A stretch of 61,922 nt of DNA, the filler included, from Choristocarpus tenellus KU-1152 (taxonomy: Eukaryota; Protista; Phaeophyceae): NCBI GenBank assembly GCA_964200185.2. It is 6 parts of 6 records of this genome, joined end to end, with 100 filler letters (N's around TTAATTAATTAA, not from the genome) between each part and the next. Parts side by side here need not be neighbours in the genome. Positions count along the whole stretch, not along the records: positions 35,658 to 42,880 come from CAXNAD020006513.1; positions 42,981 to 54,808 come from CAXNAD020002119.1; 4 more parts are not named here. One strand, written 5' to 3'. The position numbers and the translations under genes were made by a program. A model generated the notes under the pieces. The model ran no database searches. It saw only the letters and a list, made by a program, of their open reading frames with translations, and had not been told where the DNA came from. Positions 35,945-49,464 of this stretch are shown in pieces; position 1 is the first letter of the stretch; every line of letters begins with the position of its first letter.

Positions 35945-38900
35945 GAGAAGCTGGTTTTGTCACATTTTCTGCGAATAGACGATTTGTTAACTACTGTCCC
36001 TCTCTGGTTCATGTGCCACAGCGAATCAGTCTTGGCAAGGATATGGAGGGAAGGCCGGTAGTGGTATTCACAGTCCGCAGCTGGCCAAGAAATGACAATG
36101 ATTGGCTGACCGCCCTCATCCATGTCCTGGAGGTATGTATGTATGTATGTATGTGTGTGTGTGTGTATGTGTGATCTGGGTTTGGTTTGGGGTACGTATT
36201 ATGTATTTATGTGTGTGTGTGTATGTGTTATCTGGGTTTGGTTTGGGGTACATATTATGTATTTATTATGATTTTATTTGTATATACTTCTTCTTTTTTT
36301 CATTTTTTTATATTCCCAATCTGAATGTGCCTGTGGTCTGAAAGGGGTTGTATTACGATGCATTGTGTTACTGTACAGTGTATTAGGGTAGAGTGTGTTA
36401 CCGTACAGTGTGTTACGATACATTGTATTAGATACAGTGTGTACGACGCATTGTGTTACAGTACAGTGTGTTCCAATACATAGTATTTTGATTCAGTGCG
36501 TTACAGTACAGTGTGTTGCGATACATTGTATTAGATACAGTGTGTTATGATACACTGTATTGCAATACAGTGTGTTCCAATACATAGTATTTTGATTCAG
36601 TGTGTTACAGTACAGTGTGTTACAATACATTGTATTTCGATACAGTGTGTTACGATACATTATATTTCGACACAGTGTGTTACGATACAGCGTGTTACAG
36701 TACACTTTGTTACGATACATTATATTTCGACACAGTGTGTTACAGTACACTTTGTTACGATATAGCGTGTTACAGTACAGTGTGTTACGATATAGCGTGT
36801 TACAGTACAGTGTGTTACAGTACGCTTTGTTACGATATAGTGTGTTACAGTGTGTTACGGTACATTTTATTCCATGTTGAGAGAAGCACATACCCGTATT
36901 GCAGCAGCAAAGAAAAAAGTAGATGAGCGTAAGTGAAACATAAGTGAGACATAAGTGAAACACAAGTGAAAAATAAGTGAAGCATAACTGAAACGCATCG
37001 AAAATAAAGAAAAAAGATAGATGCTGTTCAAGTGATAGTACTACTAAAAGTTAATAGTTCCGTGTAAACCTCAGGAAAGGAGTGGAAGGCTTTTGTATTG
37101 GCTGATGTGAACTCGATGACATCTTTTTGTTGGCATTGATGTTACATTTTTGTACAATACATGATATGCAATGTGTGGTGTTGGTGTGTTGAGGTGTTTT
37201 GGTTTGTGCATGCCTCTTAAGTTATTTTTATTAACCAGCTTGTTAAGCGAGAAAAACAAAGGTGCACGTCCCTACCGTTTCAACCATTTTTTTTTTAATA
37301 GATTGAATTTTCTTCATCTTACTGTTTTCAACGTCTTTTTGGTTGGGAAAAATTCTGATGGGGTTGACTAGGTATCATATTGCAATGTGGTACTTTTAAC
37401 TTTGTTGAATGCTGTTTGAAATGTGCAGTAGAAGAGACTGACTTGCTCTCCCTCAAAGGCTATTTACCATACAAAAATGGAATTTTAAGGACTGCTTTGT
37501 CCTTCAGAATTTAGAAGGAAATTACATTCCGTTGTACCCCTTTGAAAAGGATCACGTCTGGTGAAATAAATGACAATATTTTTCGTTTTATTTTGACTCT
37601 GATTTACACTGTTCTACTCCTCCATGACGGGTTGGAATATATTTACATTCTTTTCAAGAAATTTCCAAGCATTTTTTTCTTTTCTTCAAATATCAAGACA
37701 AACTAGATATTCATTCTGTACAATACTTCTTGAGGAAATTAAAAAAAATAAAAGTAAAAAAAAACTGTAACAGAGCTTTTCACCAGGCCAGGCAGTCAGT
37801 TATCGTGTTGGCTGTTGGTCATATAGTGTATAGTGATGTCATCTTGAAATGGTTGATGGCCATGGACTCGGTGATGTTCAAACTTGGTTGTACATGACCT
37901 ACCGGTGGCCCTGGTCATTTTAGAACATTTTATCTATGGGCGTCCATGTAATTTTTTTAAATGTTTGGGCGGGCCACGTCATGGCCATGCCTCCCTCTCT
38001 ATTTATGATTCACTATCTCTGTATTTTGTGTCCAATACTACAATACTACTATCGCTAGAAGTACTAAATGTAGTACATATATTGGTGTATTATTTTCTAT
38101 TTTTCTATTTCAGATGCATTTAAGAAATTGAAATTTGAGTGCAAATGCATTGTTTTTATGTTTGGTATTAGAGTGGCTGAGGTTATTTGTGACTTTAATA
38201 TTTTGACACATAAGAATAGTATGTAAATTAAGAAAAAAATTCCATGCATGTGTGCCTCCTGAGATTCTCAGTGTACATACAAATGTACATTTTCTTACTA
38301 GACATGATTTCAAACCAAGCAACTCCAGAGAGTATTTTAAAGAGTACTATCTATATACACATAATGCTGGAGTATAACTGAACCTTTGATATGTACACAT
38401 ACCCATCATGGACTAGCACCACATGTACTGGCTATGGTTCAGACATGCCACAATAAGGTTAGACCGTCCAGCCGGCAGACATGACCAGTATAATACCCAG
38501 TGGACATGGTGTCCGGACATGTTTGGGAATGTTAGAGCCAGTGTGGCTAGTGGACACAAGCTCAGGAGCGGTTCAACCCCTTGTGGAGATGGACAAGGAC
38601 ATGATAAATCAAGTAATTATTGGACAGGTCTGGTCAGCAGACGCAACCATTTTATTTTGACAGAACCAAAACCTGAAAAAAAAATGAAGTAGGGGATCAG
38701 TCTCTTGCGGGCATGGTAGGTATTGGTACTTTGTCCTTTGCTCCTACTCTGCTAGAAACCCTAACCCTATCTGCCTTGTCTCTCCTCTCCTGCTATTTAT
38801 ATTGATATTGATATTGATATTGATGGATTCCTCTTTCCCAGGCTGCTAGGCTCCAGCTGAGGGCTACCCAAGAGAAGGAGGATTCAATGGTAGACTCATG

Positions 38901-41165
38901 GGTTTGGTTGGTGGATCTAAAGGACTCTAATTTGTCCCACTCCCCATCGTTGGCCACTCTTCACACCCTTGATAAGATACTTTGGGAACATTACCCAGGG
39001 AGATTGGCTAGAGTTCTTCTTGTTGATGCCCCAGGTTAGTTGCTGAGAGAGGTAGTAGCTATGCAAGGCTTCTGCTCTCTCCCCCTCCCCTTCCTGCCAT
39101 CGATCTCTTGGGTTAGGGTTAGGGCGTATTGTTAAGAATGATCTCGAGCTTGTTGATCAATATATATTTTTTAAGATGACCTTTTTTGCCGTTTATTTTT
39201 TTATTTTTATATTCTTTTGTGGGCTGAAATAGGCTAAGGAACAAGTGAATAGGAATGAGTCTTTTGGAGGGGATGAGGATGAGGATGATCGGAGTAGTGT
39301 GTGTGTTGGTGAAATGACGTTTCCTAAAAAGAAAATTGCAAACCTTTTGTAACTGTAACGGTCTTTTGATACATTGTGGTGGTGGTTAGTATCCCACTGT
39401 GAGAGTGTAAAACCAAGGTAGATAATCAACCCTGTCAATATGTAACATTAGATGGAACAAGTAAAATATTTAATAGGCCTTGTAGGCGTTATTATTGATA
39501 TGACATGAGTAGGCAGTACTGTCAACATATTCTCAGGCAGGGAGTCCTTTGGTTGGTAGTGACACACATGGACTGTAGTGTATTATATGTTTCTAGAGTG
39601 AGGTGATAGTAATAGTGATGGTGATGGTGATGGGGATGGTGATAGTGTGTTTACTATTTTGTGTTTTCATCATGGAGAGGTGATAGTGATGGTGATAGTG
39701 TGTTTACTATTTTGTGTTGTCATCATGTGTTGTCATCATGGAGAGGTCGTATCCGTTCATTTTTTCTTTTAGGAATATGCTGATATGTAAGACACTAAGC
39801 GATACCCGCCTTCCATGGAGGAATAGATGGAAATGAAGGTTTGACCTAGTTGTACTCCATCCTTCACATGTTTGTTGCTAGTGTTGTACAACATGACAAG
39901 ATTGTTAGTGTTGTAGAGTATGGTACAGTGAAATGGTCCTAAAGAATTGTAACATCGTAAGAAATGTACCATCATAAGAAATAACTGAAGTGGTGTAGGT
40001 TTAGGGTTAGGTTTAGGGTTAGGAGCATATACTGACGTACATTGTATGACAAGATAAGGTGCAGGTCGAAATGGTTTTTGAATAAGGTGTTCTAATTTTG
40101 GGGTACAAGGGGAAGGTATCACAGGCACTACTTTATTCTCCTTGGGTTGATCTGATCGTACCAGTGTTGGTTGTCACGGTGACCTTTGATACACCTCATA
40201 GACTTCATCTTTAGACAATCCTTGGGTGAGCTATGGTCACTTAGGGGTCTGGTGTAGTAACACCTTTGCAAGGTGTTAAACCAAATTTTTATATTTTTTG
40301 CAAATGGTGGTGGTGGTGGGGGAGGGGGGGGCAGTTGTTTCTCAGAATGCATGCATTAAGGGGAGCCTTCATACAGCTGAATGTTTTTGAGGTCATCTTT
40401 GCACAGTATTTATTTATTTATTTTTATGCTTGGTGTTGGTTGTGTATACTACACCATTACTTTTTTTTAATCAGTGTGTTTGTGTGTGTCTCAGGTACCA
40501 TGTCAATCAACGAAGAGAGGGGATTTTTGGTGAATTGAGTGGAACGTTTTGACAATACCTTGGAGGGGAAAAGTATTTTGAATTTCTTTGAAGGAGTCCC
40601 TAGCATTGTGTGTATGCCCTACAATTGTATCCTCAAGCATCTCTTTGCTTAAGTTTGTGTCTCCTAAACCTGTAAGTTTTTTTTTCTTTAAAAAAAAATC
40701 TTTTTTGTTCTGTCCAATTTTAGTCACTCCACGACAAAGTCCTGCACTTTCTTGAAACTATGTAATGATAATAATACTAGTAATAGGAATTAAAAAATTA
40801 TAATATTTGTGTGCACCATCTCCGGTAGATGAAAATAATTTTCTTATAAAAAAATGCAGAAATATATAATTAGAACATGTATATTGTACAATGATATTTA
40901 TTGTCAATTAGTAAAAAAAATATAATGGGAGTACTCTCTCTCTCTTGTCTCCTTCTCCACTCGCATGTATGTGTGTGTGTGTGTTATGAAATGTCCATGG
41001 ATGAAATTTAGTTTTTTTCCGCATGTCCTATTCCGTCGTGGAGAGACTCCTCGATGCCAAGACAAGGGCCAAGGTAGTTCTGGTGGAAGACAAGGCTGTA
41101 GACCTTGGGAAGTTCATCAGTCCCTCACAGCTGGAGGGATGCTTTGGAGGGATGCTTGAGATGAG
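35945..41165 (+). CDS. CRAL-TRIO (Sec14-like) lipid-binding protein, internal exons
   Basis: Exons 35945 (or 36022)-36132 (LGKDMEGRPVVVF..HVLE), 38842-39034 (WLVDLKD..WEHYPGRLARVLLVDAP), 41012-41165 (VFFRMSYSVVERLLDAKTRAKVV..QLEGCFGG); phase-consistent, canonical CRAL-TRIO motifs. Confidence 0.88.
36345..36870 (+). repeat. 15-bp minisatellite (GTGTGTTACAGTACA/GTGTGTTACGATACA variants), intronic
   Basis: Directly visible; yields repetitive spurious ORFs such as (CNTLY)n. Confidence 0.9.
36928..36995 (+). repeat. 11-bp tandem repeat (TAAGTGAAACA) about 6 copies
   Basis: Directly visible. Confidence 0.8.
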
Positions 41166-41644
41166 GTGCGTTCCTTTTCATATTTGGTGTATGCTACTAC
41201 TCTACATACTCTCTCTACATAAAGTGTGACTATCGTCTTTGGTGAACATCTTGCTGTCTGTTGTTGGCATGTTAAAGCAACGTGTGCATTGCATGTTGGT
41301 GCCTCAGATAGACCCCTTCAGTAAAGAACTTTGCTGAAATAAACTGAAGTTAGGGTTAGGGTTGAGGGTTGAGGGTGAGGTTTTGGGTGTTCCGCATTCA
41401 ATTGTGTCTAGAGACACAGGGTAGGAGCTGTATTTTGAAGCTGTACGTGTGGTAGTACAGTTGACAACCCAGTCAACTGTCAGAAAAAAACCCCAACATA
41501 AACAAGCAACCCCCCCAGTATTAACTTTGTCTTTACTTGGATTTGAGGAACAGACATCCAGTAGAGTACGATTTGAGGGTTTTGGGTGCTTGAGTGAGAA
41601 GATGTGGAAGGACTGTGGGGCTAATCACATGCCTTGCTGGTGCT

Positions 41645-41684
<40 letters not shown>

Positions 41685-42980
41685 TGTGTGTGTGTGTGTT
41701 GAATTTTAGTCGTAAAAACAAAACAAAATATGTACTACAGTGAGACATGCACAGGTTGAGACCCCTCTGCGAAGAAGGTTCTTTGAAGCGCTTTTTTTCC
41801 CATTATTTTTTCCAGTATTTCAAGAATAGTGTGGTGCAGTTACCAGTATGCCTTGACTGTGTAATATACAGTTGGGGATTTATTAGTACATGTCAAGTTA
41901 TTCGTACTGTTGGTGGATCAGAAAAGGAGATTGGGTTTACATTTTATCTGTTTACTAGGTTGGGTGTTCTGTCAATGGTCAGAGTTGTATGCTCTGTTGG
42001 AATTTCCCCTGGGTGCTTGGTGTTTTGTGTGTTATGCTTGAAGCGCTTTGTGGGGCTTTTGATTCTAATTGAGTTAATGCATATTGAAAGTGTTGAATCT
42101 GATTTTGTTGACATCATTATCTCGTGAAGTATTCTTATTCGAATCAGCGTCACTACTATATGTTTTAATTAAGGTATACCTTGAGATGCATCAGTGCGGG
42201 GGTAATTTGAGATGTCACTTGTTGAAAATACTTTACTCCACTGAGTAGAGGTAGGTACCATGTATTTGAACATTGTGTTGATGTCCCTACTGTTGTCCTC
42301 TCCCAATTAGCTAGTAAGAATATGAAACTTGCCTACCATATGTTGGTGCATTAGTCTCTTAGAGGACGAGGTCATTGGTTCATGAACTATGGTGCTACAA
42401 CAGAAAAACTTATTGCAACTGTTCTACCAAACAGATGACCTTCCAGATGAAATGGTCCCTCAAGTGGTGTCTTGCAGGATGAGTTAATGTTACCTATCAA
42501 ATGACCCCAAGGGTTGTCTGTGGCAATGCTGTGCATGTTGCAGAGTAAACATTGCTGAGTATTTCAACTATGCAAGTATGCTATTAGGAAATTTGTTGCC
42601 TTTGGCAGTGGACACACACACACACACACATATTCTTATGCATTACATATTTTTTCCCAAGGCACTTCTTTAAAGTCTCTCTCTCTCTCTCTCTCAGTGT
42701 TTTTCAACCCATTTTTAAAAAATCAAACCATTGTGTGAATTGTACCTTTTTGTGTGGATTGTACCTTTTTATTAACGAATGATACGGGGCAGTGACACAC
42801 GGCAGTGTCATGATATATGTGGAGTTAGGGTTAGGGTTAGATGCAAAGCGTGCTAGGCGATGTACCTTGTAGAGTAACTGNNNNNNNNNNNNNNNNNNNN
42901 NNNNNNNNNNNNNNNNNNNNNNNNTTAATTAATTAANNNNNNNNNNNNNNNNNNNNNNNNNNNNNNNNNNNNNNNNNNNN

Positions 42981-43031
42981 GACCAAATCGGACGCCCCCT
43001 CGCAAACCTCCCCCCCCAGATACTTTGACCC
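42981..43031. mobile_element. MITE family B terminal fragment at contig start
   Basis: CCAAATCGGAC...CCCCCCCAGATACTTTGACCC. Confidence 0.7.
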
Positions 43032-43511
43032 TAGAATAGTTATGGTGGATTGATTGGGCTGAGTAGAAGAATCGGGCAGGAGGACCTATTGATGGGATGA
43101 GATCCATGTACAAGCCTTTGAAGTGGGGTAGATTGAGGCTATTGTGTGTGTGTGCGTTGGAAGGAGGGGTGTTTAGTCACCGCTTGTGGTAGAGTTCTGC
43201 TAAACAATAATTAATGGTGGACAACAATGCAAGTGTAGACCTCTATTCACTGCGTTACCCTGTCAGCTTACCTTGATGAGGTTCCGCTGCAGACCACTAC
43301 CATGCCACATGTCCTGTTTTTTCAATTGAGTACAATAACAGAACATGATATATTGATATTCCCTGACACCCCATCTCCTCTAGTGGCATTCTTGCACTCT
43401 TCTCTTTGTGAGGGTTTAATGTGGGCCTACTTTGCCTTCCTTTCTACACCAATCCTCCTCTCCTTCCCTTATTCATATAAAGCCTCACACCCACCTCACC
43501 TCGCTATGCAG

Positions 43512-46500
43512 CCCTTCTCAGCGAACAAGCCTCAAGGAGGAATGGGAACTATGATCTACAGCAGTGAGGACGAGGTATTTATGCTGTGCATTTCAGTCTT
43601 TTGGGAGAATATTTGATTCCCATTCCCCTTGAGACTGCATTAGGGTTAGCCTGCACTTTTTCAATGAATGGTCAGGTCAATGTTATGCTCAGCTCCGCAG
43701 CTTGAGTAATGGGGCTTGCAAAAGAATACATGCTCAGTTCTCAGCAATACCTTCGTTCTTGTTTGTGGTAAGAATGTTGCAATCCTACTTCTAGTTTGTA
43801 TCCAATAGATTGCTGTTACATCTGATATCATTTATAGTTTGGCACCAGGTGATCCATGTACTTATCACGGTATGTCTGAACCCTCCATCGAAGTGCTTTT
43901 CTACTCTCAGCCTCCACATGTATATCCATTTGGACCAAGTTATTGGTCTTTGGTGCAAAATACTATTGGTATTGGCATGTCTGAATTGATACCCCACCCA
44001 TGCATTTCACTCATATATATATATATATATATATAAATATGCAATTCTTTCCCCCTTTCTGTTGTCCCAATGTGCCGCCAATCACAGAACTACGTAATGT
44101 ATGAGGGGGATTGGGACATGGGCCTGTTCCACGGCTTCGGCAAACTGGTAGGGTACATGTATGACATAGAAGTCACTTAGAGGTGTACTCTACCAAACTC
44201 TACCAAACTGTGCAACAATTTGATTCGTGGACTATCTGGTTTGCTGCTTAGATTGCAGCAGCTTGATGATCATTGGTGGGGTCAAGCTGTATGTATTGGA
44301 GGAGGTTGCTATCTGAAGTACATTGTGCTAAACTTGATCATTCTAGATGTGTATCGCGTCTCCTTCCTCTATGGTGACCCCTGAACGTCAAACAGGAATG
44401 GAATGACCGCAGCGAGTTTGTATCCTTTACGGGCATGTTTGAGCAAGGTGAATTCACACAGGGCAAGGTGGTCTACAGGAACGGGGATACGTACGAAGGG
44501 GTGAGGTTGAGTAAGAGTACAGTGGGATAGGGAGTACAAGTAGAGCTCTAACTATTTCCCTTGACCAAGGGAACAAGACAGCCAACAATATGCTGCATCA
44601 CAGTTCAAAAGTTGATGGAGTGCATGGATGAGTGGTAGTGAGGCAAAACTTGTTGAGATGAGTGGATTATTTTGCAATGTGTGATAATAGGATACGGGGC
44701 AGATTGGTATTCTTTCCATGTTCTATTGTTGAATTGTTTGATGAGTCTTGCACTGCCACAAAACGCGTAAAAGAGTGAGCTCCCACATAGAAAGTGCTTT
44801 CAGTGTATTATGCTCACATGTTACACACAATGTAGTATATTACAAAGCGCTACGATTGAGCTACATGTGTCCTTTGTCAAGCTATTATCATGTACAACTG
44901 GTACATGAAACCACATGTTGAGAGACCCAGTACCCTTTTCCTAAGTCATACTAGGATAGGACGCTCCTCACCAAGAGAAATAGGTTCCTATCCCCCTCAC
45001 CTTCCAGACTTACCTTTTCTCCCCTCCTTTGTCGATTTGGAATCTCACCTCTACTTAACTTCACTTCACTCTTCGGGCTGGACCTTTCCTGCCATACATT
45101 CTTCGCCAAGCCTTTCTTGGAAAACATGCCTGAAGGAATAGGGGGAACTATGATCTATAGCAGTGAGGATAAGGTGAGTATTTTGCAATATAATTGTAGG
45201 CTCAAGGATTGTTTTCGGAGGAGTTCATCCCCAATCCCCCTTGGACAGTTTAGGGTTAGCTTGCACGACTACCTACAGAGTTAAGGACGGTGATATGCTG
45301 AGCACAACAAAGAGATCACAGAGGTTTGCGAGGAAGCGATTGTGTGATCTCTAAAGTAAAGTTTATCCAAGTTACACACCAGCAATGGTGTGCCTCTTCT
45401 GTGGCTACGTGCCCCACTATATGCTGTTTTTAGTATCCCATTTACACGGCACTTTTTCATTTTCAGTGTTGTGTATGTTCCTATTCTGATATATCTGAGC
45501 AGTTTAGATTGATGTCCTCCTATATTTAACTTCAGAGTATTGCTCATTGGTCTGCATCCACACGCTTCCTTTCTTAGTCAATTGTATGCCTGGTCTGTGC
45601 TTGCTTGTATTTTTGGGGTCCACTCGCGGATTTCATTTCGATAATTTTTGGTATTTGCAACCCTTGATCCTTTCCCGCCTCTCTCACTGTACGACAAACT
45701 GCAGAACTACATGATGTACAGTGGAAACTGGAAGATGGGTCAGTTCCATGAAAGGGGCAAATTGGTAAGAAACACTGGTGACTGATATTCTTTCTATGGG
45801 TTATGATTATTGTAATTCAAGTTAAACAGCGAAGATATTTGATCTTTGACAAAGATTAACTGATATTAGGATCGAAATCTTGGTTTAGACGGTCATTCAC
45901 TTGAGAGTACATATGGTGGGATTTCTGTTGAAAATGTATTGCAGGGCGCTTGGTAGTACTCAGTTATTCATGCGCCTCACCTCGAAATTTGCTTGTAGAA
46001 GCTTGCAGCACTTGGCAACACATACATTCTTCGAATACATCTAAAAGATTCATTTGTGCCAATTTGACTTATGATTTACCCTCCTTTGGATTTGGAGCAT
46101 AATTTTTTGTGAAGTCATACATTAATGCGTTGTGTTTATATTAGTAGCCAGTGGATGAAACCATGGTGATACCATGTGAAAACATCTCCGAATGATCATG
46201 ACTGAAAAGTCTGGTGCTGTAGCCTAATCATGCCATTCTTAAAATGAAACAATCTAACAACCTATATCTTGGTGGATCCGACATGCATTCTTATTTCACG
46301 CCTCTTACAATGCGATTCTACCATAACACAACTTACGTTTTTTGTACTACTTCACAATAGTGTTATCCCAACCATGGATGCCACCCCCACAACATTACAT
46401 TGACTTCCAAAACATACACAACACTCAAGTCCAAAACATATGTAAAACAATGTTGCAATTTGATCGTAGGATACATAATGTCAGAACTCAAAACGTAATG

Positions 46501-48767
46501 TACTTACATGAGGAAACAGCTTCACATTGTTTAAGTACGCACTCCCCAAAGTGTTACAATTGGCAGGATATCTCTTTGTGCTGGAACATAATATTACAAA
46601 ATAGCAGTGCTGAAATCATTAAAAACTGTTATGGGGGCATAATGTTATCATGATATGATATATGAGTCAAAGTATCTTAGAGGGTAGAGCCGCGTCCATT
46701 TGGGGGTCAAATTCCAATGTTGCGATTTTGATGTAATTTTGGCTATCGGGTTGTTAGGGAGTGTCAATGTCCTTGTTCCGGACACACCTTTTCATAACGT
46801 ACACATTTTACCTACTCTGAAACATATTGAAGTCGGAAAATGCCATAAAAACACCCATAGGAAGTCAAGCCCCAAATGGACAAACTAGGCAAAACTTGTG
46901 CCCTCTAAGATACTTTCACTCATATGCTAAACACCCTGTTTAAACCTAGGAAACCTTTGACAACAATGCACCCCTTGTTGTTGAGCTGCCCAACCAGCAA
47001 TTCTCTGTCAACCACAGAAATGTTACGGCGAATCTCCAGATGCTGCATGCCTAGCACCTTGTAGACCTCAAAGTGGTCTAAACAGAGAAACCCCTCTATG
47101 TTCTCCTGGAAGAGAGAAAACGTGGTGTCCATTCTCATACTCTCATTTGGCTTTGTCATCCTGTCGACAGAGTAGAGTGCTGTACCGCGTAGGAAATAAG
47201 GTTACAGGTTGAATGATTACAGGATTTGCGCTTGGTCAATTCTCGTTTTGGTGAAGACATAATTGAAACTGGAAGTCTCAAGTAGGGCATTTTATCTGTC
47301 TGGGTAGGTGACACAGCTTGTGCCCTTGGTCGCCAGGCCATCCTGGTCAAAACGTTATTGGCCAGGATAAGTACGACTTTGAATATTTGTTCGACCACGT
47401 TCTTCTCTAGCCATTGCCCAAGTCCGGTGTTAGTCTCTGACAGCCCGACATTTCAGAAATTTCCGAACCTGTCCAACCCATGGACTGGACAGGTTCCTAC
47501 TCGTGGTGTGTGTGGTCTGGACATGTCACAAAATATTGAGACTGCTCCGACTTGTGGACTACTTCCTTGCATTTACCCAGCAAGATGAATAGCCTTGGTC
47601 TTGAGTTGCCCTGACAATTAGTGTTAAGCATGAATGCAATGCTCAACTTTAGACCTTTCAGAGGAAATGAACTTGAGCCTTTACTGGATAACGTACATTA
47701 TGCAGCAGTTGCCCCCAAAGGTTCTTTTGTCAACTAACATTAAGGTGAAAATAGACCCTACCATTGTCCTGTACAACTTTACCTTGTACTCTAGCGCAAC
47801 TCTTTTGTTGAATGTTCCTTTGTCTGACATGCGCATCTTTAGAACATGAACAACCATACCTTGGAGTGCCTGCATCCTGCACTGCCCCAGCTCTAACAAT
47901 GTTTATTTCTCTCGGATTGCAGTCCCTTAATTGGAGCCCTGGTGCTCAATTAAGCTGTAGGCCTGCCCAACATTACGATCTCCTCAACCTGATTCTCCAA
48001 TTTCTATTCTTAAAAAAAAACTGTGTGTTATAGCTGTCTACTTCTCAATACATTGCCACTGACTGCAAACCCAGGATTGGAATATTCGGAGCCAGTTTGC
48101 GTCATATACCGGTATGTTTGATCAAGGCGAATTCACAGAGGGCAAGGTGGTCTACAGGAATGGGAATGAGTACAGTGGGGTGAGAATGGAGAGGAATCAC
48201 TTTAGGATAGAACATTCATGATTGCTGATGTTCTTCTTATCGCATGGGAGGAAAAGGATAGGGGACCACATGCCACAAAAGAGTTTGTGAGGTGATGGAG
48301 TTCTTGAAAGAGTGTGATTGAGGTGGATAGGTTGGAAGGAATATGTGGTAGAACATTTTAATGCGTTGTGATTCATACCCAGCAGTCTTGAAGCAGGGAA
48401 AGAGTTGTGTCAGTCATGTTATCTTCCAAACACTGATACAAAAAAAGTTAAGTATTGGGGGCATGACGGAATAGAGACATTGAAGCAAGGCCCTTCGGTG
48501 TTTTTGTGAAGATTAAGTCCTCCTTTTTTTCCAGCCACGTATGCTTGGATGTTCCTTTGTACAAGGTCTTGGTCTGGTGTCTCCTCACCATCCTCGCTCC
48601 ACATGTTCTCCCCTTTTTCTTTTGTCAGTTTACAAGCCCACACTAGCTAACTCCTATTCAGTTGCCCAGACTTTGCTATCGCCTTTTGCTATTACCATGC
48701 CGTGTAGGACTTCTCAGCCAACATGCCACATGGAGAAGGAAGTATGACCTATGGCAGGGAGGATGAG
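43512..48767 (+). CDS. MORN-repeat protein (internal exons, tandem three-exon modules)
   Basis: Phase-0 exons 43512-43574, 44088-44147 (YEGDWDMGLFHGFGKL), 44396-44500 (FTGMFEQGEFTQGKVVYRNGDTYEG), 45111-45173, 45705-45764 (YSGNWKMGQFHERGKL), 48075-48179, 48708-48767 (DFSANMPHGEGSMTY); MORN consensus YxGxWxxGxxHGxG. Confidence 0.88.
46664..46921 (+). mobile_element. MITE family A, full copy (258 bp)
   Basis: Perfect ATAT TSD at 46660-46663 and 46922-46925; TIRs as in other copies. Confidence 0.92.
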
Positions 48768-49282
48768 GTATGCATCATTGTTCGTTTGAAGAGTTTCGAA
48801 AAGGTGTTACATAACCCTCCATGTTCAGTCAACCCAACCAGTACTTTGTCTATAAATGGCAACAATAGTTTTATGCTTGCACAATAGCTAGAGAGGCGAG
48901 GTTTTGATGCAAGACTTTCTATGGCATTTACTATCCCTTCAAATTGCAGGGTGACGCTCCAGTTGATGTGTTGTTGAATGTATGCTCGGTGATTGTTGCA
49001 TACATCTTATCCTCTCTATCCAAAAGATTTGTGCATCTACTTTATAGTTGTATTTTTTTGTTTCCTTCTTGGATAAACCATCATTGAGAGTAGCAAAACG
49101 CAAAGGGTAGCTACTCCACTATTTGACAGTACCAACCATGGATTTCACATCAAGATTGCAAATTATCTGCCACTACTTGCCTCCCTCCCTCTCTATCTTC
49201 CTTTACAGAGATGTGTACCAAACAATGGACAGTGAGGGGTGGTGTAACCACGAGGTAGTATCAAACACAGTTTTTCTGCAAC

Positions 49283-49464
49283 GATTCAAAGTATCTCTGT
49301 GGTGGGGGGGGGGTCAACACCAAGGTGTTCATTAGGGCCCTGACCAGGAAAAGTGCACTTACATCATCCATCCAAAGCATGCAACCAAATCACCCAAAAA
49401 TCGCTACATGGAAAATGAGGTCTAAATGGACACCCGCCATCCTCCCCCAGATACCTTGCCGGCC
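49283..49464 (-). mobile_element. MITE family B, diverged copy
   Basis: GATTCAAAGTATCT...AAATGGACACCCGCCATCCTCCCCCAGATACCTTG; colinear with 14362-14543. Confidence 0.75.

Noticed and set aside
36493-36963. Cys/Tyr-rich pentapeptide-repeat ORFs on both strands
   Set aside because: Products of a 15-bp minisatellite inside the CRAL-TRIO intron.
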